Source: Octopus vulgaris (Eukaryota). From it: a DNA stretch of 64,000 nucleotides. Below the pieces are notes generated by a model. It was not told the DNA's origin. It worked only from the letters and a program-made list of their open reading frames with translations, and did not search any database. Positions 28,155-41,200 of this stretch are shown one piece after another. The position numbers and the translations under genes are program-made. The DNA is taken from the NCBI GenBank assembly GCA_951406725.2, contig OX597825.1, positions 55,056,001 to 55,120,000 on the forward strand. The letters run 5' to 3'. Every line of letters starts with the position of its first letter. The first letter of the stretch is position 1.

Positions 28155-28358
28155 TGATAGGCACAAGGTCTGTAATTTTGTGGGGTGAAGTTAGTTGATT
28201 ACATCAACCCAGTGCATGACTGGTACTTATTTTATCAACCCCGTAAAGATAAAAGGCAAAGTTGACCTTTGTGTAATTTGAACTCAGAATGTAAACTTGG
28301 AAGATACACAGCTAAGCATTTTGTCCAGCATGCTACGGATTCTGCCAGATCATTACCT
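28155..28358 (-). mobile_element. SINE family B
   Basis: ggcacaagg...ggtacttattttatcaacccc...tttgaactcagaa...gattctgccag. Confidence 0.85.
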
Positions 28359-29447
28359 TATAATAATAAACATTACTTGTTATTATCCACAGTGGCAAAA
28401 ATAAACTGCACTGAGTGGGACATATTTGTTGGATGGAGGGCAGCAGACTCCCAAAGGTAGTTTTCTACACTGAAGTGCATCAGAAGAGGAGGAGCCATTG
28501 TAGCCAGAAGTTGTTATACAAGAAACACATGAAGAACTTCAGCATCTCTCCAGAAACTCAGGAGGAGAAGGCCCTGTGATACATTGAATGCACCAATTAC
28601 TGAGGCTCATAATTTCAGTCATTGAGAAGAAACAACAGAGGGAATATGAAAGAGCACATGATTGACGTCACTTCTCGAGTACATCATGTAGCTTCACCTA
28701 CAGATGTCATCACTACTGCAGATGAAGAGCAGGCCTTGTAGTCCACATGGGAACCTGTCAGAGATGGTTACTGAACAAGAACAGTCAATGTCGACCCATG
28801 ACAGACACCCAATAATGATATATTTAGACAGACAGAAGTGTATATATATATATATATATATATCAAAATTTAATTTGAGTATAACCCTTGTAGTTTGCTT
28901 CAGAAAGCCTACCTATGAATATCAGCTAACATGGTTTTACAGCAAAAAACTGTTCAAGATACTGCGGTTAGATCTGGAAAGCTATATATATATCCATATA
29001 GTATACGTAAAAGTGTAAACAGAAGAGAATGGATAGAACAAACATGTTTTATTGCACGCTACTACTACTAAGACACAGACAGACAGACAATCAAACAGAC
29101 AGAAGCAGAGACATATAGACAGGTAGATAGATACACACACACAGAATAAGTGGCACCTGATAATAGGACATCCTAATATACGATGTAAAAAAGTTAACAG
29201 TTTACACAACTTTTTTCCTATTATTTCTAATTACTTTCTATTAATTGGTATTAATAATAAGGTGTGTAATTAGTATAGGAATTTACTATGAAATAGTCGT
29301 ATTCAACTAGATGAAAAAAAAAAAAAGAAACACTTCCTTCTCCAAAATCATGTAAGGAAAATAGTGGTGGTAATGAAAGGCACACAAAAGCCATGATAAA
29401 CCTGTTCAAGCCATGCAATTCAAGGAAAATACAAAGATTAAGATATG

Positions 29448-29454
29448 GATGATG

Positions 29455-29486
<32 letters not shown>

Positions 29487-29530
29487 GATGATAGCAACGA
29501 TGATGATGATGATGGTGGTGGTGGTGGTGG
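29448..29530. repeat. (GAT)n/(GGT)n microsatellite
   Basis: Directly visible. Confidence 0.95.
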
Positions 29531-30012
29531 AAATAAATTTTGTTTTTCTTTATATGAAAGTTGGTCGGCAGAGGATAGAGAGTGCTTATGATATCTTTGA
29601 AGATTCTCTCAGGCCCGAAAGACTCATGTGACTACCTTATCTGCACATTTGTAGGTAGATCAATGAATGAGATGGTGGTACTGCTGCTACTGCTACAAGC
29701 ACTGCTCCTGCCTCATGAAATTGATGCAGTAAGTCATAATATGGTGTGGGATATTTAAAACAGTTTTTGTATTTCATGAAGCAATTTGAATTACACCATA
29801 AATATATATAAACAAGAGAAAAAATGGAAAACAAGACAAGTAAAGACAGAAAGGACCCTTCATCAGTTGATGGCTGTCTATCTACTCCTCATTTTGAGCA
29901 TTAAACGATATATAATACATATACACATACACGCACACACAAAAAAGTATATGTATGCATATGTATATACATGTATGTATATACATATACATATACACAT
30001 ATATACATATAC

Positions 30013-30045
<33 letters not shown>

Positions 30046-30116
30046 TATATACATATACATATATACACATATATACACATATACATATACACATATACAT
30101 ATATACATATACATAT

Positions 30117-30169
<53 letters not shown>

Positions 30170-30203
30170 TATATATATATATATAAGTATATATACATAT
30201 ATA

Positions 30204-31102
30204 CAAGGTGTGCTGAAAAAGTGTCTAATTTTTCCCAAGGAAACTAATGCTGTGCAGGCGAAATGCTTTGGGTGGGAGATGACACTCCCACTTCTGAAGT
30301 GTGCCTGAAAATTTTGCATTGGTAGGCCATGTCAGTTACTGACTGTTACAAATTGAGTACAGACATATTGTGTGCACTCAGTAGATTTTTGTTTTCAAGC
30401 AAAATGACAGAATGCTTTGATCAGAGATGTTGCATCAAGTTTTGCCAAAAGCTTGGTGATACTCAAGCTCAAAACCATCCAGAAGATTCAACAGGCCCTT
30501 GGTGATGATGCCATGGGGAAAAGTGAGACCAAGGAGTGGTTCAATCACTTCAAACATGGCCACGCTTCAGTGGAGATTGAGGCATTTCAGGTAGGCCATC
30601 CACAAGTCAAAAGGAGCAGCTGGTTGAGAAGGTTCAGTGAATAGTCATGGAAGACAATGTGTAACAATCCAGGGAATAACTCTAATGAAGTGGGAATAAG
30701 CTCAGTGCATTCCATTTTAAAAGAAAATTTGTGCCTGTGGAGAGATTCAGTGGAAAAATTGTCAGATGCTTTTTGAACACACCTCATAATGCAAGCTTTT
30801 CTGGTCAAGAACAACATGTCATTTGTTTGACAGGCTCCCTATTCTCTTGACTTGGCACCAAAGTGAAAAGAATGCTGACAGGGAAGCAATTTGAGTTGCA
30901 AGATAAAATTGTGAGAAAAGCAACAGTAGAGCTCCGTAGCTTTCCAGTGAAGGCACTCTAAAGGTGTAATCAGCAGTGACAGAACCATTGGGAGAAGAGT
31001 ATGAACACGTAAGGGCAGTATTTTGAAGGTGATTAAAGAAAATTAGCGAAATGTAAAAGATTGCTTATTTTTATGCCCATAGGTCAGGTACTTTTTGAAT
31101 GC

Positions 31103-31107
<5 letters not shown>
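30204..31107 (+). mobile_element. mariner (Tc1/mariner) transposon, internally deleted, inactive
   Basis: Degenerate TIRs flanked by TA; from ATG 30404 QRCCIKFCQKLG...IQQALGDDAM...EWFNHFKHG (HTH domain); APYSLDLAP (YSPDLAP motif); C-terminal GQYFEGD then stop at 31036. Confidence 0.92.
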
Positions 31108-31159
<52 letters not shown>

Positions 31160-31162
<3 letters not shown>

Positions 31163-31408
31163 CTTAATATCTCCCCTTCTCCCTAGCTCTCCTGTGTGAC
31201 CCTTCTGTCTGGCATTCGCCATGATAGGTCACTAGCCACTACACATTCTTCATTTTCTCTCCATGTTTCTTTCCATGTTCCTTTCTGTGGAAGAGTGTAA
31301 GCTCGAAACGTTAAAGACTTCTTTATTTCCCGAGCGTTATACTAATACATCTATTTGTTGTTTACATCACCTGTCTTCGTCTTTTGTTTTTTTGTGAATT
31401 CTCCCCCT
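31160..31408 (+). mobile_element. Penelope-like terminal remnant between (TA)n tracts with degenerate hammerhead motif
   Basis: tGGAAGA-gtgtaagctc-GAAA-cgtt at about 31288-31312 with palindromic AACGTT stem III; flanked by TA runs. Confidence 0.5.
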
Positions 31409-31529
31409 ATATATATACATATATACATACACACAGACACATATAAGTATATATATATATATATATATATATATTCATATATATGTGTAAGTGGTGTTCC
31501 AGCATGGTCACGGCCTTAGGGCTGAAATG

Positions 31530-31930
31530 TCCTGTCAAGCCAAAAGAAATTCTAGTCATGGTCAATGTCAGTGTCGTGTCACTGGCACCCATGCCAGTGA
31601 CATATAAAAAGCACCCTAAGAACTTCTTTGGGCCTCACAGAGGCAGTGACAAGTGACCAAGTTCTTTGGTGATATACCGTGCTGTCAAGCTAAGTGAGAT
31701 CATAGTCATGGTCAATGCCGGTGTTATGTAACTAGTAGCCATGCTGGTGGCTTATAAAAGGCACACAGTACACTCTTACAGTGGTTGGCACTAGGAAGGG
31801 CAGGCACCCAGCTGTAGAAACCAAGCCAAATCAGATTGCAGCCTGGTGCAGCTCAACAGCTTACCAGTTTTCACTCAAACTGTCCAACCCATGCCAGTAT
31901 GGAAAATGGATGTCAGATGATGATGATGTA
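31530..31930 (+). mobile_element. family C element
   Basis: gtggttggcactaggaaggg...cagctgtagaaacc...ccatgccagtatggaaaatggatgtcagatgatgatg. Confidence 0.8.
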
Positions 31931-32323
31931 AATACATACACACACACATAAACATGGTATCATATGTTGACAATATATGCATTTATAATGTTAACATTTA
32001 AACATATAATATACATATATTATACAGCGACACATATGTGTGTATTTGTGTGTATCCGATGTGGTTACTGTTACCAAATATTACAAGGAAATAATGTGAT
32101 TTTGCTCGGCTTACTCTTTTACTCTTTTACTTGTTTCAGTCATTTTGACTGCGGCCATGCTGGAGCACCGCCTTTAGTCGAGCAGATCAACCCCGGGACT
32201 TATTCTTTGTAAGCCTAGTACTTATTCTATCGATCTCTTTTGCCTAACCGCTAAGTGACGGGGACGTAAACACACCAGCATCGGTTGTCAAGCAATGCTA
32301 GGGGGACAAACACAGACACACAA

Positions 32324-32357
<34 letters not shown>

Positions 32358-32360
<3 letters not shown>

Positions 32361-32554
32361 TATTATATAGAAGGAGCTTCTACAGGACTAGAACTGTTTC
32401 ATTCAAGAGAAATCATCAGAGCTTCCTGATGATTTCTCTTGAATGAAACAGTTCTAGTCCTGTAGAAGCTCCCTATATAATAAATTAATTTTACTCTGCT
32501 ATGTATTGAGTACCTTATTTACTGTGGTTAACCCCGAATCAACCCGGGACCTAC

Positions 32555-32571
<17 letters not shown>
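32358..32571 (+). mobile_element. Penelope-like element remnant with inverted 5' end
   Basis: Perfect 47-bp inverted repeat (32373-32419 / 32426-32472), hammerhead motif, inserted in (TA)n. Confidence 0.65.
32419..32471 (+). ncRNA. type I hammerhead ribozyme
   Basis: Stem I GAGCTTC/GAAGCTC (7 bp); CTGATGA 32426-32432; stem II TTC/GAA; GAAA 32445-32448; stem III ACAG/CTGT; GUA cleavage triplet ending at 32464. Confidence 0.8.
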
Positions 32572-32587
<16 letters not shown>

Positions 32588-33451
32588 TACGACAGGCTTC
32601 TTTCAGTTTCCATCTACCAAATCCACTCAGAAGGCATTGGTCGGCCTGGGGCTATAGCAGAAGACACTTGCCCAAGATGCCACGCAGTGGGACTGAACCC
32701 GGAACCATGTGGTTGGTTAGCAAGCTACTTACCACACACCCACTCCTGCGCCTATTTGCAGTCAATGATATTCCAGTATTTCAGTGCATCTTTGATAGTC
32801 CTGAATATTCACGTAATATTTTCTGGAAAACACTAAATATTCCAATGGGTTGTAGAGTTTGTCTTTGAAATATTAACACATGAGATATAGATGTGATGTT
32901 TGGTTTCCTCTTTACTTACAAATTAATGTTTGCGTGGCATCAGTGTCCACCGATATTTAGTACATACATCCTGAACAGATAAAAGTAAACTTGACTCCCT
33001 CCAGAACTTAGAACATAAAGTGAATGATGATGATCATGATGTTGATTTGTTTTTATTTGCCATGAGGGCAACATTAAAATACTTACAGATGACTAACAAT
33101 TGGGTATATATAAAATGTGTGAGAATATATATGTGTATATATGTATACACACTCACACACATACATATAATACCCAAATGTAAAAAAAAGGAGGTTAAAT
33201 TATGATGGCGATATATATATATATATATATATACACACATCTGTGTGAGCCTGCATGTATATGTCTGTTTATATATACATGAATGTATGTGTCTGTGTGT
33301 TTTCGTGTATGGATATATGTATGAATGTACATATGTGTATATGTGTGTGTGTGTGCATATATATTTATTTATTCATATGTATATGAAGTTCCTTACTATG
33401 TCCTTAGCTATGATTGATATAAACTAAAGAACTTCCTAAGGTATTTTTCGA

Positions 33452-33497
<46 letters not shown>
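33452..33497. repeat. (TTA)n microsatellite
   Basis: Directly visible. Confidence 0.95.
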
Positions 33498-33501
<4 letters not shown>

Positions 33502-33572
33502 TCACTGCCTGGAATCGAACTTGGAATCTTGGGGTTAGTAGCCCGTGCTCTTAACCACTACACCATATGCTC
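33498..33572 (-). mobile_element. short tRNA-like SINE / tRNA pseudogene with ACT anticodon loop and (AAT)n tail
   Basis: A box TGGTGTAGTGG, GGG-CTACTAA-CCC arm, B box GTTCGATTC; T and acceptor stems poorly paired. Confidence 0.75.
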
Positions 33573-33788
33573 ATGGGTTTGACAGTTTGACAGGAGCTGG
33601 CCAGAATCCAATTGTCTGTTGTAGCATGTTTCTACAGCTAGATGCCCTTCCTAACACCAATCACTTTACAGAATCTGCTGGGTGCTAAGCCCTGAGCCAA
33701 CCAAAGCCCTGTGAATGGATTTGGTTGATGGAAAGGAAAAGAAACCTGTTGTATGTATGTATGTCTATGTATGCATGTGCCTATTGTA

Positions 33789-33843
<55 letters not shown>

Positions 33844-34059
33844 GTAGTCTTCTCTTGATATTACATGACAGTTGTAAACAAGTATAACTGTCAAGCAATA
33901 TCATTTGTTTCCAGTCTTCAATGAGAATCATGTCTGGCCATGGGTAAATATCGCCTTGCTTGGAAATAGGTAATGGTTTAGTGACAGGAAGAGCATTCAG
34001 CTGTAGAAAACCTGCATAAATGAATTCCATGGAAATGCAAATGTTAAAGTGATTATAAT

Positions 34060-34342
34060 GAGGACTGGTGACTTGCTTGAGAAGACATGTCAATCTAAGT
34101 AAAATTGTAGTCGTGGCCAGTGTCGGTGACATATAAAAGGCATCTGTGCCAGTGACACATAACAGATATCCAGTACATTCTATGGAGTGTTTGGCATTAG
34201 GAAAGGCATCCAGCCATAGAATCCAAGCCAAAAAACTGATGACTGGAGCTTGGTGCAGCTCCCCAGATTACCAGTTCCATTCTAACCATCTAACCCATAC
34301 CAACATGGAGAACAGATGCCAAGTGATGATGATGATGATGAT
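34060..34342 (+). mobile_element. family C element
   Basis: ttggcattaggaaaggcatccagccatagaa...caacatggagaacagatg plus GAT tail. Confidence 0.8.
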
Positions 34343-34458
34343 AGTGGTGGTGGTTGTGGTGGTGTATGTGGGCACAAAGCTACAAATACTGGTGGAAATA
34401 AAACAATCAACCCTATTAGCTGACAGATTCTATGTTTTCTTTACACTCACCCTTGCAG

Positions 34459-34574
34459 AACAACCCTTCAAGGCAAACGCTCATTAGCATGCAGTGATGA
34501 CTTCAACATCTCACATGGAACATTCTCGTTCAGCACCTTAACCCAGATCAATGTAGATATGTACGACATAGAGT
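34459..34574 (+). CDS. candidate internal exon B of an unidentified host gene (coding status uncertain)
   Basis: Strong acceptor ttttctttacactcacccttgcag with upstream gctgac; donor GTAAGA; open frame TTLQGKRSLACSDDFNISHGTFSFSTLTQINVDMYDIE. Confidence 0.45.
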
Positions 34575-35101
34575 GTAAGATGATATTTTTACCAAGCAAG
34601 GACGTGTTCATTAATGTCAACTGTCTTGTATAAAAAAGACGTTTACACCTGATATGATAATTAGCCAGTATTGAAACCTGATCACTCCTGCTCCTTCTAT
34701 TAATGCATTATGTAACATTCTCCAACAACCACAGCTTGATATTTCATACGTCTTTTGATATTTATTTACCTTCCACAAAAAAATGTTTTGGTTCTCTTCT
34801 AAAACAACAAAGAATTCATTTTTTTTATTAGCTACCACCACAAGTGTGAACTTGTGTGTGTAGAGACACATACATTACATATGCATATACACACATGAAT
34901 GTGTGTGTGTGTATACTTTTTCCATCTTGTATTAAATATGCTGTGCATATAACTAATAAATATAGTGACTATATATATATATATATATATATATAAATAT
35001 ATATATATATATGTATGTATGTATGTACACATGCATATGTATGTAGTCACTATGAATTTTCTTTGTCTTCTTTTTTTGCATTGGTGTATATATATATATA
35101 T

Positions 35102-35137
<36 letters not shown>

Positions 35138-37006
35138 AACATGTGGAAAGATAGGTAAATAGACAGATAGATAGTCAAGATAGGCATTATACATATACAC
35201 ACATACAAACATATATATCAATAGACAGACAGATAGATAGAAAGAAAGTTAGTTATAGACATGTACTCACATATGTGTGTTTTTATTTATGCATCATTAT
35301 TTTTAGAAGTACATATCATAAATATATGCACACACACAACCATACAGAAATACAAACAAATAGACAAATAAATGGATAAATGGGTAGATATTTAGATAAA
35401 TGTATATACAAATATATGTGTATACATTTATGATATTATGTGTAAGACTGCAATGAAATACAAGTAAACATTTATAAGGTGAACTCTGTATAGCATATGC
35501 TATTACATACACAGACAAAAACTTTAAAATGGATGGTTTATCAGGCTCTAGAAGAAATTACTTATTCATATCTTATAGTGTAAATGGCCGAGTATTCCAC
35601 AGGCATCTGTACCTTCAGTGTAATTGTAACAAGACTCAAATCTGAGTCAATAAATTGCCAAGCTAAAATCACAGCATAGCAACACCTTGTTCACATGAGC
35701 TGCTAAGTTATTGACCAATCAGTAGCCAGACATTATGTGATAGATCATTCTGGAAGCTCCTCAAACATTTCTTTACAAGGGTTATTAATAGCCACATTTC
35801 AAGCACCAACTTCGCAGAGTTCCAAAGACATCTGAGTGAAATGCCTCCAGCCTTGCCAGGCATATTTGCACAGAGATCAGCCAATTCATTCACATGCTGC
35901 TTTTAAAAGTCATTGTAATGGCTATTTACTCAACCTTGTAGACAGCAGCCACAGTTTGCCATCATGAACCTAGCATGTATATTTTCTCCTGTCTTGACAG
36001 CTTAATAATGGAGTCTTTTCAGTCAACTTTTTGTAAGAGCTATATAATATTCTTTCCAGTTGCAATTTCTAATTCATGACCAACACAAAAATTATTTGTG
36101 CATTGAAATAAAGTTACTATTAATTGAGGTGTTGTTATATCACTCACACACAACCAGCCTAACAACATAATCTTTGGAAAAAAAACAGTGACTGTGATGT
36201 GGCTGCTCCTATGGATCACAGGAACAATACATCCAAAAACCTTCAGCAGTTTCCATGTAAGTGACTGCTCTCACAACACTTGGGTTGAGCTGAGGCCTTC
36301 ATAAAAGATATTTGCACAAGATGCTACACAAGGAGATCATCCTTAAATCCTCATGCTTGTAACAACAGGACTATCTTGCTGAATTGCCAGGGCCAATCAA
36401 ACACTTGTGAGTGAATTTACGAGACAGGAAAATGAAAAAAAAGAAAACAATTGTCTGACATATGTGTATATGATTGTATGGTATGTATGTATATATAATG
36501 TAATATATGTTTATTCATTTATTTTACATCAATTTTCATGATAGCACAAATTAGATGAGTATATAATTGAAGCTTTACAACTGGATACCCCTCCCATCAT
36601 TGGCTCTTAAATGCTTTGTAAGAGAACTCTCATAGCACTCAGTTTCGAAAGCACAAAGAGAGTGGATGATTTATTGACAGGAGAAATGCCAACAACACCA
36701 CCACATAAATGTCATGACTTCTGAATAAGCAACTGCAGATGTAAACAAAAACACACACACACAGACACGCATATATATATATATACACACACACACATGC
36801 ATATAAATATACACATATATATATACACACACACATACACATACATGCATATATATATATGCATACACACACAAGCATACATACACACACATACATATGA
36901 CATGCATTTTTTTTCCTGTATCTGCTTACCAGATGTGCTCAGAAAGCTTTATCAGCCTTGAACTGTATTAGAAGATACTATCCAATGTACATTGGATAAG
37001 TACATT

Positions 37007-38092
37007 GGAACTGTTCTGGGGCTATTACTGTCCATAATAGCCTTCTTAGACATGCCCACAGCCACTGTCACTAGCTATGCTGATGACACAAAATTATCAC
37101 AGGCAAATTAAAAATCAAGATGACATCACAAGCTTACAACAGGATCTGAATTTGATATGGAAGGCGACTGAAATAAACAACATGCAGTTTAATGCTAGAT
37201 AATTTCAAGCACTGCACTATCAACTCACAAATACAGTACAATTTACATTTATAGGACCTGAAGGCACTACACTCCCAGAGTCACAGGCAGTGAAAGACAT
37301 GGGGAACCAGTATGTGCAATGACACATTATTTCCTATGCACATTACCAAGATGGCAGCAAAGAGCAGACAACTAGCAGGGTGGATACTGAGGCCCTTCAA
37401 GATAAGAGACCAAGAAACTATGTTGACCCTGTGGAAAACCTTTGTTCTCAGTCACTTGGACTGCTGCTCCCAGTTGTGGTCACCACATAGGGCCAAACTA
37501 ACAGCAGAGCTTGAAGCAGTCCAACGCCACTACACTAAAAAGATTGAAACATTGCAGTGGATGAGCTACAGGGATAGGCTGAGAAAACTGCAACTTTACT
37601 CTCTGGAATGAAGGGGTGAGAAATATGCAATAATATACATATGGAAAATCGTAGAAGGGCTAGTACTTTACTTTGACATTGACTGTTATACAAATGCCAG
37701 AACTGGCCGTCATTTTATTATACCAAAGTTACCATCCACTCCATCTAAATTCAGTACCAGATATTGCAATAGTCAAGGGTTCAAAGGCCCACAGCTCTTC
37801 AATGCCCTACTGCAAAAATTAAGAAATCTGCATAAGGTGGAAATAGATGTCTTCAAAAAGGAACTAGACATCCTCCTCTCCACAATACCAGATGAACCAA
37901 CAGCCTGACTTGAGGTACAGACGAGGGCAGCGGAATCAAACTCCATTATACACTAAATGAACCAACAGCTGGGACAAGGGCACTTACAGGGGTGGTGATG
38001 TGAAACACCTCAGACTGAGGAAATCAGAAAGACCACAGTGGTGCTCCAACATGGCCGCAGCTGCATGTATGAAATGTGTAAACAAGTAAAAT
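37007..38092 (+). mobile_element. CR1-group LINE, 5'-truncated, decayed reverse transcriptase
   Basis: GTVLG, SYADDTK (YADD at 37076), LQQDL, NNMQFN, and ORF 37312-37611 LWKTFVLSHLDCCSQLWSP...LEAVQRHYTK...L.LYSLE; nested in a minus-strand family A SINE (about 36915-37000 and 38105-38165). Confidence 0.92.
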
Positions 38093-39224
38093 ATTAAGTA
38101 TCTCCAGGAACAGAACCTGAAACCATGTGATTAGAAGAAAACTTCTTAACCACTTGCTCATGCCTGGGCCATTTTATGTACACACACATATGGAAAATAT
38201 ACACATGTGTATAAATATATACGTACATACACATATTCATATGTGCACATTCAAACACAAACACATATATGAAAGGAAAGCTAACAAATGTATAATTGCT
38301 TTAATACATCATTGTGTTTGGTCAAAGGTCTAATAATTTTTAGACCTTTGACAAGATGCAATGATGTATTCAAGCCACTGTACATTTGTTTGCAGCCATT
38401 TCATTGTTGAAATATGTACAGATTCTGCATACACAAGGTATTGATTCCTCCTTTCATCAAGCTGTATCCTCGGTTTTTGATCGAAAATTACAATGTTTGT
38501 CAGTGTTTGTATAGTACATATATATATGCCTACACACACACACACATACATATATAGATAGACAGGCAGACAAAGTAAGAGAGATACAGAGAGAATGGGA
38601 CAGACAAAGGGAAAGGCAGGTAAACAACTCCTCGTTAATGTAAAAATCAAGCATCAAATTACAGGTTAACATTATTTATATCTGTCAGCCAACTTACTAT
38701 TTACATGCAAGACTATTGAAAGTCTGTTGTAATCAGGAGCAGCTAATTACAGTTATCTTAATCTCCAGAGATTATCCGACCACTATCACTTCTGCAATTA
38801 TATTTCTTTAATACATAACTAGTCTTCTAATTTTGCTTGTAGTCTCACTGCTGCTCTCATGCATGGAAAATACAACAATATTGATGTGTAATAAGCAGAG
38901 CAATAGGGCTATATCAGACATTATACAGACTTATCTATTTATTCAGAGATTTAATGTTATTTTATTTTGTCTTTTGTGGGTAATGTGTTGGATTAAAAAC
39001 AGTCTAGTTTTGTGTTTAAACCTTGGAACAGACATTTAATAATGCTCTTTTGTTAGAATATGTAACCCTGATTTTATAGACATCTAGTAAATAACAGAAG
39101 GAATTTTTTGGTGTTTACACAAAATTTTCATGTAGTTTTAAATCTAGAATGTGTATGAGTAAGTTATGTGACAACCATGTCATACAGAATTTGTAATCAT
39201 GGATTTTTCAATTATTCCAGATAC

Positions 39225-39675
39225 AGGCATGGCTATAGGCTGTGTGATTAAGAAGCCTCCTTCCAAATCATATGGTCTCAAGTTCAGGCCACTGCATAGT
39301 ACTTTGGGTAAGTATTGACCAAAGCCTTACAAATGGATTTTGTAGATGGAAACTGAAGGAAGCCCATCAAGTGTGTTTGTGTGTACACATATATGGATAG
39401 ACACAACACACATGCATAAAATGTATGTGTGTAAATGTATATGTTTGTGTCCTTGTTTTGATATCACATGATGGTTGTAAATGAGCATCACATCATATGA
39501 GTTTACTCATTTACAGTCTTTCATGGGAAACTAGTCTAACATGGGGAAATATTACTTTGTTCAGAAACAGATGAGGGTTGGCAACAGGATGGACATCTGT
39601 AGAAAATTTGCCTCAACAAATTCTGTCTGTGTCATGCAAGCAAGCATGGAAAAGTAGAGTTAAATGATGGTGATG
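39225..39675 (+). mobile_element. SINE with family A head and GAT-tailed 3' part
   Basis: gtgtgattaagaagc head, gtagatggaaactgaaggaagccc, then agaaaatttgcctcaacaaattc...gcatggaaaagt. Confidence 0.7.
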
Positions 39676-39984
39676 GTTATCAAGATGTGTGTGTATGTGT
39701 GAAAGGGTGCATGTGTATGTATTAGTTGTCACATTACATGACAGTTGTAAACAAGCATCACCCTTTTTTTTGTTTCCAGTCTTTTGTGCAAACAGGTTCA
39801 CTCATCATGAAATATTATGTAGCTTGGAAATAAATGAGGGCTGGTGACAGGAAGGGAACGTGGCCATAGAAAATCTGCCTCAACAAATTGCCTTTGATCC
39901 ATACAAGCATGGTAGGGTGTGCATTAAAAAAATTCAATGTGTATAAACAGATATATGCAAGATGGCTATGGAGATCAGTTATAT

Positions 39985-40430
39985 TTAACACTTTTGTTAT
40001 TATATTTTTGTTGAAATATACCTTGGTTTCTGTTGATTTTTAAAATAAGGAAGAATTTAGTAAAATAAATTGGTCATTATTAAGTTGATATTTGGAACAT
40101 AACATGAAACTTTGAAGGAAGGTTTTAATTTAGATCTCTTTAAAACAGAAACTTGGTATCATAGAGCTAGAGGCAATATTTGGAGTTTTGGCAAGGCAGT
40201 GAGCTGGCAGAATTGTTAGCATGCTGGGTAAAACACTGAGCAGCATTTCACCATTTTTACACTCTGAGTTCAAATTCTGAGGCTGACTTTGCCTTTCATC
40301 CTTTCAGGGTTGATAAAATATGTACCAGTTGAACACTGGGGTTGGTGTAATCGACTTGACCCCTCCTCCTGTTGGCCTTGTGCCAAAATTTGAAACCAAT
40401 ATTAAAAGTTTTGATATGAAAAGTGTTTAA
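39985..40430. mobile_element. piggyBac-type MITE interrupted by a family B SINE
   Basis: ttaacactttt ... aaaagtgtttaa termini (TTAA-flanked). Confidence 0.5.
40194..40403 (+). mobile_element. SINE family B
   Basis: ggcagtgagctggcagaattgttagcatg...gagttcaaattc (B box)...ggccttgtgccaaaatttgaaacc. Confidence 0.9.
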
Positions 40431-40991
40431 TACAGATAATTTTAGGAACAGAAAGTTTCATACAGTCAAGTCCAGTGTGTGTAAGATAAGAGATACTTAT
40501 GTAGATAATGCATAATGAAATACATATGACGTAAGTTATACAAAGTTTTATACACTCAAATCCAATGTGCATAGAAGTAGATGTGTAGTAGTTATGGAGA
40601 TGATATGTATAATAAAATAGATATTTTCACAATGACAACTTGCAATGGATTGGTAATCCTATAAACAAATAAAATTCATATTTAATTTTGTTTTTCTTGT
40701 TTCACATATTCCTCATTACAATTTAGGGGTTAGTGATGGAAGGAACTGCATCTTGATGTAAAGAAAATATTGTTCTTAGACACACACAAAAAAAACCCCC
40801 ATCCATGTGGAAAACTGGATTTAATAATGTTTTGTTATGAGAACAACGTTGCTGTTGTTCTTGGTGATGCCAATTTTATTATTGTTGTTGTCGCCATTAT
40901 CATTATCATTGGTGTTGCTGTTGTTGTTATCATTGCTGTTGTTATCGTAGGTGTTGCTGTTCTTGAAAACATTGTTTATTTAGTTGTTATT

Positions 40992-41200
40992 AAGGCAGTG
41001 AACTGGCAGAAGTGTTAGGATGTCAGACAAAATGCTTAGCAGCATTTCACCCATCTTTATGTTATAAGTTCAAATTCCACAAAGGCTGACTTTGCCTTTA
41101 ATCCTTTCAGGGTCAGGGAAATAAGCACGAGGGGATGTAACTGACTAATACCCCACCCCTCACAAATTTCAGGCCTTGTACCTATAGTTGAAACAATTAT
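40992..41200 (+). mobile_element. SINE family B
   Basis: Same consensus as 40194-40403. Confidence 0.85.

Larger units (their letters stand above)
32113..32752 (-). mobile_element. young SINE family A, interrupted in its TA tract by a roughly 215-bp insert
   Basis: Tail 32113-32340 and head 32590-32752 near consensus with CpGs intact. Confidence 0.92.
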
